A stretch of 64,000 nt of DNA. It comes from Lobosporangium transversale (Eukaryota). Shown here piece after piece: positions 38,492-50,940 of this stretch. The stretch spans positions 124,001 to 188,000 of the forward strand of contig NW_019029011.1 in the NCBI RefSeq assembly GCF_002105155.1, in the 5' to 3' direction. A model generated the notes under the pieces. The model was not told the origin of the DNA. It worked only from the letters and a program-made list of their open reading frames with translations, and ran no database searches. The position numbers and the translations under genes are program-made. How positions within the stretch are numbered: position 1 is the first letter of the stretch; each line of letters starts with the position of its first letter.

Positions 38492-40037
38492 ATGGCTCCC
38501 ACGACACAATGGATTGCAGCCATTTCCTTTACATCGATAGTCATGTTAATCAGTGCGCCTGCGCATATTTCCGGCCTTGTCCTGCCCAACAAAGCACAAT
38601 ACTTCCAAGGCAATCAGCAACGCCAACATCCCTTCCAGCACTCGCATTCGCGCTCCACGTCATGCTTCGATCATAAAAAGGAGGGAGCAGACTCAGGACT
38701 CTTAGCTGCTAAGGACTTCCCTCCCATGAGAAATGATTTGATACTACGAGCTGCTCGCGGCGAAAAGACTGAGCGAGCGCCTGTCTGGGTCATGCGGCAA
38801 GCGGGTCGCTACCTTCCAGGTACGGTTTAAATAAATGACAGATTAATTTGGCACAACTGACATAATTGCTTATAAAATGATTTTTCTTTTCATTTAAAAG
38901 AGTTCCGTAAGCTTCGCGAAGAGTATGATTTTTTCACTATTTGTCAGACTCCAAAGCTGGCGACTGAGGCGACGCTTCAACCTATAAACCGATATGACGG
39001 GTTGCTAGATGCAGCTATCATCTTCTCAGATATTTTGGTGATCCCTCAAGCTATGGGCCTCAAGGTAGTGATGCTGCCAGGCAAAGGTCCTTCTCTCCCT
39101 GATCCACTAAAATCGCCTGAAGATATGCGCCTTCGATTGAAAGGAAAGATCGATGTTCAACAGGAGTTGAAATATGTCTTCGAAGCCATCACCATGACTC
39201 GACATGAACTCCAAGGACGTGTTCCTCTGATTGGTTTTGTCGGTGGCCCATGGACATTAATGGTGATTTTGAACAATCCAGTTTGTCAATTCCATATTTT
39301 AATTCAATTATTTGGTTAGATTGTTACTAAAGCTTTTTTTTTTTTTTTTTTTTTGTTTAAAAAAAAACAAAAAACTATAGACATTTATGACTGAGGGCAG
39401 AAGCAACAGGATGTTATCCAAAGTCAAAAATTGGATGTACAAGAATCCAAACGATAGTCATGAATTACTACGAAAGATCACGGATGTCACAGTTGATTTT
39501 TTGGTAGGCCAAGTCCGTGCGGGTGCTCAGATGCTTCAGGTGTTCGAGTCCTTTGCTGGAGAACTCTCACCCCTTGATTTCGAGCGCTTCTTGCTTCCTT
39601 ATCTGATCGAAATCAATGACCGTGTCAAAGCCGAGCTCAAGGATGATGCGGTGCCCATGGCTGTATACGCAAAAGGCGCTTGGTTTGCACTCGATTCCTT
39701 GGCTGACAGTGGCTATGAAATCGTATCCTTGGATTGGACCCATGATCCTGCTGCTGCCAAGGTCATCGTTAAGGGACGTGTTACATTGCAAGGCAATCTG
39801 GAGCCCAATGTGTTGATGGGATCTGATGAAGAGATTGTCCGAGAGACCGAAAAGATGGTCCGTGCGTTTGGAAGTTCTGAGAGGTACATTGCCAACTTGG
39901 GTCACGGTATCGTACCTGGTGCATCTGTGGAAGGCATGGAGCTTTTCCTTAAGACAGTTCATCGTGTTGGACGTGAGATTGGTGAGACGAGTAGACAGAA
40001 CCATTGTACGGAAGACGAAGAGGGATTTATCGTCTAG
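38492..40037 (+). CDS. HEM12: Uroporphyrinogen decarboxylase homologue with ~75-aa signal-peptide-like N-terminal extension
   Basis: Exons 38492-38819, 38901-39262 and 39381-40037. [82 protein letters not shown]. Confidence 0.92.
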
Positions 40038-41224
40038 GAGAAACATACTTGTACATTTTCTTAAATCTGCCCATTAAATATATATTATTTCAAACGATGG
40101 TTAAAAGAGAAGCATTCTGTCTGTTTACTATACACTGTTTTTTTGTAGCGTCACAGACCACATCTCCTTCTCTTATCCAGGATGATAGAGCGAGTAGAGG
40201 TATCGACTACAGTATTATGTCTTCATCATTCCGTATTCAAGATTGATCGCAATTATGGTATGAGAACTCCCATTTGTGTGAATGATATATAACAAAATGA
40301 TTGACAAGAACTTAAATTCATTCTCATTTTTTCATTGGTGCTCAAAAGTAGAAGACGACCAAAGTAGGTCCCACTTTTTTTTAGTTTTATTTTTTGGAAA
40401 ATTATAAAAATTAACATTCCTTGCTTAGACCAGTCCAAGGGCTGCCTATACTGAATAGACAGTCTTCCAATTACGAGTTGGGGTCGGATCTAGATGGCAT
40501 TAAAAAACACATTCCAACATCCTGCTTGTAAAAGCTTATCGAGTTTATTTAAAAGCCCTGACCATCAAAGGAAACTCTTTTTTGATTGGACGTGCTCGAC
40601 AATGTTTCACTTGCGATTGCATCTTGGTCTGGGGCAACGTTGTCTTCCATCAGTAACAGCATGCAGCTTCAGGAAGAAATATTTAAATTTCGTCTGCTGA
40701 CAACTCCACGTTCAGGAGTAGAGGAAGGCGGTGCAATCACGCTTGCATGTGGGCGGCGCAGGCTGGGCTTGTTGGTACATTCTTGTACTTTTGATTATTG
40801 GTTGTTTTTGTCTAGTAATGGGCAATGTCCCTTGAGTGAGAACAAGTACAGCCTCGTTGCAATGGTTTCACAGCACAGACAACAAACAACACTTTATTTT
40901 TAGCCCTTTCTTTTTTCTTACTTTCATCTTTTCGGTTCTTTTTCTCTTTTCACCCTCACCCTTCTATACCTTTTCCTTTTTTTACTGTAATCCGCAGTTG
41001 GTCGAAAGGCCAAGGATAGACACTCATTCAACAGCAGTACCGACAATATCTCCAAAGGAAGCTGTAACACGCATATTGCTATATACAGAAGACGGCTAGC
41101 TTCTTTGCATTCGCTTTTTATTGACAGCTACTGCTAAGAAAAAAAAAAAAAAAGGCAGCAGGACTTTATTTACACCACTCTTTTGTTCGCGTACGAACCC
41201 GATAAATCAAGTCTATAGTGTCAG

Positions 41225-44200
41225 ATGGCTCGAGGATACCTTGAGTTACACGATCCTAAAGAAGAGGTCAAATCAGGAGGAGGTCGTCATGTTTATTCAG
41301 ATGATTATAGTGGTGGGGGTATGGAACTGGACGACATCTTTTTGACAAATCCTCAAACAGGACTAAGACAGGAACAAGTTGCAGAGCGGCTTCGGACCTT
41401 TGGATGTAATAAGCTAACGGAGGTCAAGCAAAGTCAGCTCTTGAAATTCCTAGGTTACTTTGTAGGCCCAATTGCATTCTTGATCCAACTGGCATGCATC
41501 GTCTCAGTAATTGTCAAGGTAAAAGAAGACGCATGTTTGCACTGAAGGTTCACTTTTTTTTTATTGGGCGATGCACATGTCAAGACAAATAACTATCACT
41601 AAGAGAGCACATTGGCAACGAGACAAGTTAATATTTGTGATCATATTTTTACGCCCCAAACAAAAGAAGGCGTCCGTAATGGACAGACAAATTGTTCCAT
41701 ACAGCCAGCAAACAGACAAAATATATACACAGCTAATTCTATCAGAAAAGACATGATTCATACATGCACGTACCAATATAGGAAACTAGCCAACGTTAAT
41801 GTCTAACACTATATCGCTCCGTACTGAATTGTTCCGTTTGGGTGGTCAACTATAATTATTAGGACTGGTTCAACTTTGGCGTCATTCTCGGCCTCTTATT
41901 CCTAAACGCCATCATTGGTTACATCGAAGAGGCCCGTGCAGAATCTGCGGTCGATGCATTGCGACAGACATTAGCCCTCAAGTCTCGGTGCTGGCGTGAG
42001 GGTCAGTTGCAGGAGATTGACACGTCCGATTTGGTTCCTGGTGACATTATCGTGTTACGTCTTGGTGACATTATTCCAGCAGATGCTCGGTTGTTAGGTA
42101 TTGACGCCTCTGGTGCAGAGACAAATGGAGAGTTATTGATAGACCAGTCTGCACTGACAGGAGAGTCGCTGCCGGTGACTAAGAGGAAAGGCGATGAGGT
42201 CTATTCATCCGCATTGATTAAGCAAGGCCAACAGAGGGCTATCGTCACCAAGACAGGTACCAAGACATTTATTGGCATGGCTGCTCATTTGATTGCAACC
42301 ACGCAGGTATTAACAAATTAGCTTTGGCAGAATATGTCAAATCCATGCATTTCCTGTGCCTCGCTTTTCCTTTTCACTCTAAATCTCTGACCATTTCATG
42401 TTTCATATTATGCACAGGACGAGGGACATTTCCAGAAAACCATCGGCAGGATAGGCAACTTTCTCATCCTCTTCACCCTTATCCTAGTTCTATTAATCGT
42501 CATCATTCAATTCATCTCCTTCCGCGATGACCCCATACGAGGACAAGTCCTAAAGATTCTGGGCCCTGTTCTTATTCTTGCAGTAGCTGCTATCCCAGTG
42601 GGTCTGCCAACAGTCATGGCTGTCACCATGGCCGTAGGAGCTCGAGGCCTGGCCACAAAACAAGCTATCGTCAAGCGTCTGGCAGCGGTTGAGGAAATGT
42701 CCTCGCTCTCGGTCCTCTGTTCTGACAAGACCGGAACCCTTACGGTAAACAAGCTTACGTTTGATGAGCCATATCTCTGTGATGGATACTCTCCCGAAGA
42801 TCTCTTACTCTATTCGTATCTGGCATCTGAGTTTGGTGCCAATGATCCAATTGAGTTAGCGGTCCGACAAGCTGCAGAACATCAAGTTTCTGTGTTAAGA
42901 AACCGACCTACGACAAACAAAGTCCCTGGATATGAAATCACCGATTTTATCCCGTTCAACCCGAGCGTCAAGTACACACAGGCAACCATTCGAGAATTGG
43001 ATAGTGGGATAACATTTAAGGTGGTCAAGGGTGCGCCTCAGGTCATTATCAAGATGGTTGGGGGTCATGATGCCGGGGTCAAGGCCTACGTTATGATGGC
43101 GAAGCGGGGACTTCGCGCTTTGGGTGTTGCCAGGACTGTTGCTGGGACAGATCAATGGACACTTGTTGGGTTAGTTGCTATGTTGGACCCGCCTAGACCA
43201 GATTCTGCTGATACAATCGAGCGTTGCCAGAGGATGGGTATTACAGTCAAGATGGTGACAGGTGATCAACAAATCATCGCCAAGGAGGTTGCTCGTCGAT
43301 TGGGACTTGGACGTGTGATTCTGGGTGCTTCTCATATGGCGGACTCAACTATTTCGGAAGAACAAGCCTCAGAACGATTTTATCGTGCGGATGGGTTTGC
43401 AGAAGTCACTCCGGAACACAAGTTTAGGATCGTGGATGCTTTACAGAAACGAGGATTGCTTGTGGGGATGACGGGCGACGGTGTGAACGATGCACCAGCG
43501 TTAAAGAAGGCCAATGTTGGAATTGCTGTCCACGGATGTACAGATGCGGCCCGCTCAGCTGCAGATATTGTTTTACTGGCACCAGGCCTATCGACTATCG
43601 TTGAAGGCATCCTGGCTTCAAGAGCCATTTTCCAAAGGATGCGGTCGTATTCGCTGTACAGAATCACGTCTACAGTTCACTTTTTGATCTTTTTCTTTGT
43701 TGTAATCCTGATGCATGACTGGACGCTGCCTGCTCGTTTACTCATCTTGATTTGTATCCTGAATGATGCAGCGACGTTAGTGATTGCTGTGGACAATGCT
43801 CAGATTTCACCTTTGCCAGATAAATGGCGCGTTGGTCAATTGATTTTCCTCTCCTGTTTCTTGGGCTTGTTACTCACGGGCCTCTCGTTTGGACATTTCT
43901 ACTACTTTTGGCAAACACATGATTACATACCATACCCGGAGGCTATTGGAGAAGGCGTCGATCGTCGGTTAGAATCTGTCATGTATCTCCATATTTCCTC
44001 TGCACCCCACTTTTTAATCTTCTCGACACGCCTAACAGGCTACTTTTGGCAAAGTATCCCATCATGGACGTTTATAATCGTGATCATTGGCACACAAGTG
44101 ATTGCATTGTTCATGGTTATGTTTGGGTGGTTAACGCCAGCCATTCCTGTAGGTCAGGCGCTAGCAGTCTTTGCGATTTCGTTCGTGTCGTGTATAGTTC

Positions 44201-44457
44201 TAGATGCAATCAAAGTCCAAGTGTTCAAGCACTGGCCTAGTGTCTCCAAATCCTTGAACTGTGCACCTTTTGGAGGTAGACGAAGAAGGCTTTTGGATCA
44301 AAGGCGAGCTGCTGCGCAGCAACGACGCGTTTGGAAGAATATTCACAAGGCCAATGCTATTGTACTCAAGACCAAAGTCTTGTTGGCTATCCGGGATGGT
44401 GGCAGCAAGGTTCCTCAGAGTATGTACGACATCAGCTGGGATCGTCACGGTACATAA
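41225..44457 (+). CDS. PMA1: P3A-type plasma-membrane H+-ATPase (Pma1 family, divergent paralogue)
   Basis: Exons 41225-41518, 41863-42306 and 42418-44457. DQSALTGES, CSDKTGTLT phosphorylation site, KGAPQ, DPPR, MVTGD, GDGVNDAPALKKA, FQRMRSYSLYRI, ILNDAATLVIAVDNA. Confidence 0.93.
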
Positions 44458-46565
44458 ACTGGGCACTAAGCTCTTTGAATCATGGCAAAACCCCCCCCCC
44501 CCGACTTTTATTTTCTCCTTTTCATGATTTATTCATCACAAACACTTTGATAAAGCTTCGTCACCCTTCTCCTATCCTTCTCCCATCCTTCTCCCATCCT
44601 TCTATCTTTCTCCTCCATCCTCCTATTCTCTTTATATCTTCTACACTATCCAACCCTCACTTGTCGATATATTTTTGTATCCGATTCCTTTTTATTATAT
44701 CATTTTGAACTATGAACAGTGGAAATAAAATACTGATTTGCAATTGTGGAAATAGGTGTGCAGAAGAGTGTGCTTTTAAAACACCTGAATTGCTTGTTGT
44801 TTTGTACTGTATATATCAACTTTCAAGATTGCTGATAAAAAATAAAACTTTATTCACTTGGTTCAAGAGAGCAGAAATCATGCAAGAGAAAGAGATATAA
44901 AAGATCCGCTGAGTAATCAGTGATGAAAAAAAAGGCTCAAATTGAAAATACATTATTCTATTTGTTTTAATTTTCCGAAATCCAATTCACTTTTATTTTC
45001 AGTGCACAACAACAACAAAATCTTCATCAAGGGAGAGAAAAAAGTCAAAGACAGTAAGGATAAAATGATGTAAAGTAGTTTTGCACGACCACACAAAATA
45101 TGTATAACATATACATTTGTACCTTTGAGGTACCTTTATTTTTTTTATTTTCCCAAGTAAGAGCCCGAGCCCCAGGCAAGAGAAGAACAGTGTTGTTCAT
45201 AGTGCAGTCATGGTGTCGAGTTCTGTGTCCATTTTTTTTTTTTTGCACACGTACATGCGCCCCTCTAAATGCTCCCGTCCTCCTTTTTTTTAACGTTTTT
45301 AGGAAAGAGGAAGCGATCTTCACATCCTTTCCAGATTAAAATACAGTTCGACTATACTAAACCCAGTATATGTTTATGGCGTTCATTGATGGTGAAGATC
45401 AAATACTGACTCAGATGGATTCAAATGTGGAGTTAATTATATAAAGATAGATTATAATTCACAATGCCTTCATTTGTCTATAAAAATTTACTAATATACA
45501 AATTGTGCGCAAAAGAATAGACTATCATGCCATGTATATAAAACAAATGGATACATGTGCATTTCCGTAACAGTGGTCCATGACATTGCTCTTTTTCCCG
45601 AAAATAAAGAAAGTGTGTGTAAAAAAGGCAGGATTGGGATCGTCATTGATTTTTCACAACAAATTTTTTTTTTGTTGTGTCGTGTTGGAAGTTCCGACAG
45701 GGGGAATGTGTCACACTCAATATTTATGAAAGGGGAGAGAGGGAAAAGGAAAGTGCAGGAGGGTTTCAAATTCCCGCACGCAATTAACCTTTCTTTCTCT
45801 TATTCTCCATCCATTTTTTACTCTTCTCTTTCTTTTATTTTTTTTCTTGCTGTTCATTTTGCTTTATCAACTTTAATAAAGCTCATAGATATTAATGGAT
45901 TATAGAAAGTAAAGTGTGGAAAGAGAAGCAAAGGTTTAATGGAAATAAGGAGTACATTATTTTTCCTCCTTGCCCCCTCTTCCTCTCTCACCAATTCAAT
46001 AACAATTCCTAATTCAGCGGGAAGGCGAAAAGGGTGCTTCGGAAATGACGACGTTTATTTTTTTTATGCACTGGCTCTAAACGCGATTTGCTTGTTTTTT
46101 CTAGTGCTTGCATGTCAAAGTTTTTCCCTCCTTGCAGAAAAAAAAAAATTTATCAAACTTTATTGCAAAACTTTATTGCGAATCCCATCCACAAAAAAAA
46201 TCCTTCTCATGTGGTCGTTAGACACAAAAACGTTTATTCAGTGTGCTTTCGTTGAAACAATATGCTTCTAATGATGAATGAATAGGGTACAGTGCTGATA
46301 CCGTCATGGTAGTCATGGTAGTCATCATTATCGTAAGCTGTTGCCCATACTTTTTTTTTTCTTTTTCTTCGCTCATTATCATTAATAAGGAATGGGTGCT
46401 TTTTGGGAAGTTACTGCGTCAAACGTCTTTCATCGATATGGGAATCCAATCATAAATGATATCGCTGTAAGCTGTTGTCCACCATCACTAATGGTGTTGA
46501 TTTGATCCTGATCCTTATATTGATTCCATGATACCCACTCTGCATAAGGTTCATGGAGCTGTTTG

Positions 46566-49125
46566 TTACTGTCTTCTGTCATAAGATTGATACTGCTGAT
46601 GATGTCTTTGTAAGGGTTTATGTCCTGATTGATACTCTGGCTGATACTCAGATTGATACTCTGGCTGATACTCAGATTGATACTCTGGGTGATAATCTGA
46701 ATGATACTCTGGATGATACTCTGAAATGCGTGATGGTACTGATACTGGAGGTGGCCTCCTACTAGATAATGACGCTGACTCACGAAGACTGGCCATCGTC
46801 ATAGCTGCCTCACTCTCGTCTTCGTCATATCCACGCTGGTTCCGCTGTTCCCGTTGGTCTCGTTCGTTTGTCTTTGTTGACGTGTTTACGTCAGTCTTTG
46901 GAGCGCCTCCGTTACCTCTTGAAAGCTGATTAGAGCCGTTCGACGTCGACGATGACCCTTTCGACCGCTGCGTCGACCGCCGTGGGGGCTCCACTGTATC
47001 CGGAGTTGTCACTGTTGGCCGTTCAGGATAGGAGCGTGGATATAAAAAGCATGATGGACGGACAATTGAGACAAATAGACGAACAGATAAGAAAAAGCTC
47101 AACAATTAGTACAGGTTCTGGAACATGATATTTCATGAAACACAATTGGAGGGTGAAAAGCCCTGGGAATAATTTAAAAAAAAAGTTCCGTACCACTATG
47201 GGTTGTTCTCTGGTGTGTAATAAGGCGAGCTAGCTGAGTGTAGGTCGCACCACATCGATTATGACGACAGACATAGGGTCTCAGGCCTTGGTCAGTATGC
47301 ACGACCCTATGATGTGACAAGGACGAGGACTGAAAAGAAAGGCATGAGACAAGGTTACAACAAAGCGTCAATGCTGATACATGCATATCGATCAGCACAA
47401 AAACATCAAATTAAAAATTGCAAAGGCAAAAAGCGTGACAAAGTTGCCATAACAACAAAATTTCGCCATCGTAAAATGGGAAAATTGAGCCGTCAATAAC
47501 CAGAATCTGAAAAATGCATTTTAAAAAGACGATGAGATGGATTACCGTGTGAAATGCCTTAGTGCAGCCAGGATAGCCGCAAGGATATGGAGGTTTCCCT
47601 GAATGAATTCTATAATGAGTTGAAAGACGAGATTCAAGGGGGAACTCCTTGCCACACCGCGGCCAGGTACAGCGAAATCTGATTGACGGATTAGATAAAT
47701 AATCAAAAAAGCAAGAGACGGGGGGTTAGTGTTTTTGAATGAATAATAAGGAGGCAATGAGCTCAGTTATGCCAGCCATAGAAAGCTGCCCTAAAATCGG
47801 ACAAATTCTGTGGTCCAGTGTAATTACTCGTGTGTATAGTGCTCTGTGTGTAATTGTTCAATCGTTCATCCATCGACAATGAGAAACCCCATCCTGACGC
47901 GCTTTGTCTGTGAGTGAAGGCCCAGTTTTTTTTTTTTTTTTTTTTTTTTTTTTGGGTTCCTTTTGCACGCCAGTTTTCACACACTTATCCAACACATAAT
48001 AAAAAATAGGAGAGGGAAGAAAAATACTTGAATTGCAGAAAAACGCTCTTGAAGAAATACATATTGGGAACAAATTAAGGTTCGTATCTAGGGGGGAAAG
48101 GGGAGGGAGAGAGAGATACAGTGGATCGGGGATCGGGTAACTTACTTTCCATCAGCATTCCGCTCAAACTTTGGTGTAATGTCGCTGTTGGTTGCCGTTG
48201 CCGTGGTAATAGCAGTAGTCGTAGAGGTGCTACTGTTGCTACTAGGAACAGTAGCGGAGCGAACGTTGGAAGAAGGATTGGTGGTAGATGTCGTAGTAGA
48301 GGAAGAGGAGGTGTTGCTACCCCGCCGTGCCTGATTAGGCGATTCAGGTGTAGGAAGTCCAGGTTTGCTTCCTTCTGACAGGTTGCTATCTACCCCACTA
48401 CTTTGATTACTTGTAATGATGCTATTTGCTTTATCTACAGCAGCAACGGCGTCATCTGTATCAGGATATGAGGATATAGACCTTCGAGTATACTTTCGCT
48501 TGTGACCACCAACACTTGAGCCATGTTCTTGCTCACGACCATGATCTGGATAATAAGGTCTATCTCGAGTAGCTGTAGGTGAAATGGTTCTAACAGAGTC
48601 TAAAGGCTCCTCACCTGGTGTCGGTGGTTGTTCTTTGATCCTTAAAGCATAATTATTGAAGTTAACATCAAGATGTGAATGTGAATAAGAGTTACTGGGA
48701 GGAGCGCTTTCACGGCCTAAGTCTTTAGAACTATGATGACTAGTGATATTATAGTCGCTCAGCTGGTTGTGCCGGTTATGGTTATAAATGTTATGACGAT
48801 GTAAGGAGATTTGATGAGAGTACGGAGATGGGGGCTGTTGCTGTAATTGTTGTGGATGATGATGAGGGTGCAGTTGCTGTGGAAAATGGTGTTGATTTTG
48901 AGGCTGATAATGCGGATGATCCCAGGTAGTACGGTCCTGAGGATGCTCGACCAACTCTGGGTAAGCATGCTTCCTGGACTCTACTACCTGAGGATGAATA
49001 TCTGATTGTGTAGAGGGAGTGTGGTAGCCCTTATGCTCAGGGGAAGGAGAATTATGTTCAAAATCAAAAACGTCGTGATCAGACTCGGAGCTGCTGGTAG
49101 GATTCAGCAGGCGCGAAATATTCAT
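46566..49125 (-). CDS. C2H2 zinc-finger transcription factor (three fingers)
   Basis: Exons 49125-48146, 47678-47546, about 47329-47194 and 47011-46566. FRCTWPRCGKEFPLESRLSTHYRIHSGKPPYPCGYPGCTKAFHTSSSLSHHRVVHTDQGLRPYVCRHNRCGATYTQLARLITHQRTTH. Confidence 0.88.
46628..46722 (-). repeat. Coding 12-bp tandem repeat encoding (E/D)Y(H/Q)(P/S) x8
   Basis: Period-12 units such as GATACTCTGGCT / GATACTCAGATT on the + strand; translated EYHPEYHSDYHPEYQSEYQPEYQSEYQPEYQS. Confidence 0.85.
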
Positions 49126-49315
49126 AGTGAGATGGATGGGCTATTTGGGAATGGTTGCCAACAAGATGTACTTTGTTAATGGATGTTCGTGATTAAGAAT
49201 GCAGTTGATGTATGTGTGTACTTTGTGAGGGAAAATGGTAAGGAAGGAGATGATTGTGTGGTCGATGAACTCGTTCAAAACGATGAAGAACTATACAAAG
49301 AAACCTGAAGTGACC

Positions 49316-49477
49316 CAGAAGAGAAGAAGAGCGAAGAGGAAGAAGAAAAGAAATAAAAGAGCAAAAGAAGGAAGAAAGAAAAGGAAGAAGAAAAAAGGAA
49401 GAAAAAAAAAAAAACAAGGAAAGAGAGAAAGAAGGAAAGAGAGAAAGAAAGAAAAAAGAAAGAGAAGAAAAAAAAGG
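49316..49477. repeat. Purine-rich (A/G) low-complexity tract upstream of the zinc-finger gene
   Basis: About 160 nt of almost pure A/G on the + strand (pyrimidine tract on the gene's sense strand). Confidence 0.85.
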
Positions 49478-50675
49478 TACAAAAAAGCACACAATGTTAC
49501 TCAATAACAACAACAAACTGGAAAATGAATATTAAAAACAATAGCCATCACAGTTGAATTACAAAAAACACTCCCTTGGGAGGACAAAATTCTTTTTCTT
49601 TTTAGCTCTGTGACTAGGGGTGAATAGTAAAAAAAACTGTTGACAACTTAAGTAATACTGAGTAAAGTATTCAATTTAAAAATTTAGACTTATGGCTTTG
49701 GTTCAACTTTCAAAAAAAGGAAAAAAAAGAAAACCCAGACAATTCAGTTGGCATGCTTTATTATTCATATGCTGACAAAGTGACAGTAAGGATCGATCGG
49801 GAGACAGCGAACCGTCCTAAAAAAGAGAACTTAACCTGTTAGTTGACAAAGGATTGCCAAGAAACAAGAAAAAGTCGAATGATATTGCCGCACCTAGAAT
49901 ATCGGAGCAAAAAAAAAAAAGGAAAAATACTATATATGAAGGAAAAATGAACAAGCGGCAGCTAGAAAAAAAAAAAAGATAAACAAATCAAATGAGGTGG
50001 TAGAGAAACAGCGAGAAAGGAGATGGAAAGGCAAAAAAGGCTAGAAAATCAAAATGGGATGAGATTGGGTGGGATGTATTCACCAACCTGAGGATAGACC
50101 ATGCCATGCCTAAAGAGGAAGAAAGGCTCGACACTGGACAAATTCAGTTTAGCATCAAAAAAAAGGAAGCTAATAAGCTACTAAGCCATAACATGGGGTC
50201 TGAATGCAACAACAGCAACGCAGACAGTCATATCTGGCCAGAGGGAAAATAAGCTTCAGGATTATTGCACAGCATTGCTTATTCTGGCTGGTTTGAACAT
50301 CACATCGCATGTCTCATTGTTTTCCTGGTCTATTGGTCCTTGGCGACATTGGTCCTCTTTTTTCTATGGTCAAACGTATCAGAGGGACGGCAGCAGATTG
50401 TCATCTCAGGAAACAGAGTCATGTTATTCATGTTATTCATGTTATTCATGTTACTTACATGTGTGATATCAACTGAAGAATGGATTTCGAATTGTACAAT
50501 GTGTTACAGTCCCTACTTTTTCAATTAAAACGCTTTGGTCACTCGGTTGGAATAATGATCATGATGTCATAATTGCCTAAAACAGAAGACAATGTCCTCT
50601 ATCAGGTGATATTGTTGTTAATTGTGGCTTATTTATTGATTATCCTCTTTTTTTTTTTTTTTTTTTTGGCAGCAG

Positions 50676-50706
<31 letters not shown>

Positions 50707-50743
50707 GTAATACAATTATTGAAGCCAGGTGTCCTTCGTTCTT

Positions 50744-50785
50744 AACCTCGACTTCAACCTCAACTTCAACCTCGACTTCGACTTC
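50744..50785. repeat. Short hexamer/dodecamer tandem repeat upstream of UTP20
   Basis: AACCTCGACTTC AACCTCAACTTC AACCTCGACTTC GACTTC. Confidence 0.8.
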
Positions 50786-50940
50786 TTCCTCCATTTCATC
50801 TTAATTCTCTCAGTTGACCTATTTAATTAGGATACTCCTCTCCTCTCGTTCGTTATTGTCCTGTCATCGATATTTCTTATTAGCCTTTACTGCATTTCAG
50901 ATACTTAAACAGGACAGAGAATCTCATATATAAAAGTACA

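Noticed and set aside
39567..40046. 159-aa antisense ORF over UROD, and similar antisense ORFs over UTP20, CRM1 and the ATPase
   Set aside because: Shadow ORFs of long coding exons with no independent motifs.
46236..46330. Minus-strand ATGATGA...CTGA pair spaced like a C/D snoRNA
   Set aside because: No terminal stem, no recognisable rRNA/snRNA guide, and it overlaps a small tandem repeat.
46628..46722. Regular short repeats considered as a CRISPR-like array
   Set aside because: No unique spacers; it is a coding tandem repeat in a eukaryotic gene.
49193..49516. Overlapping K/R-rich and F/L/S-rich ORFs
   Set aside because: Artefacts of a purine/pyrimidine low-complexity tract.
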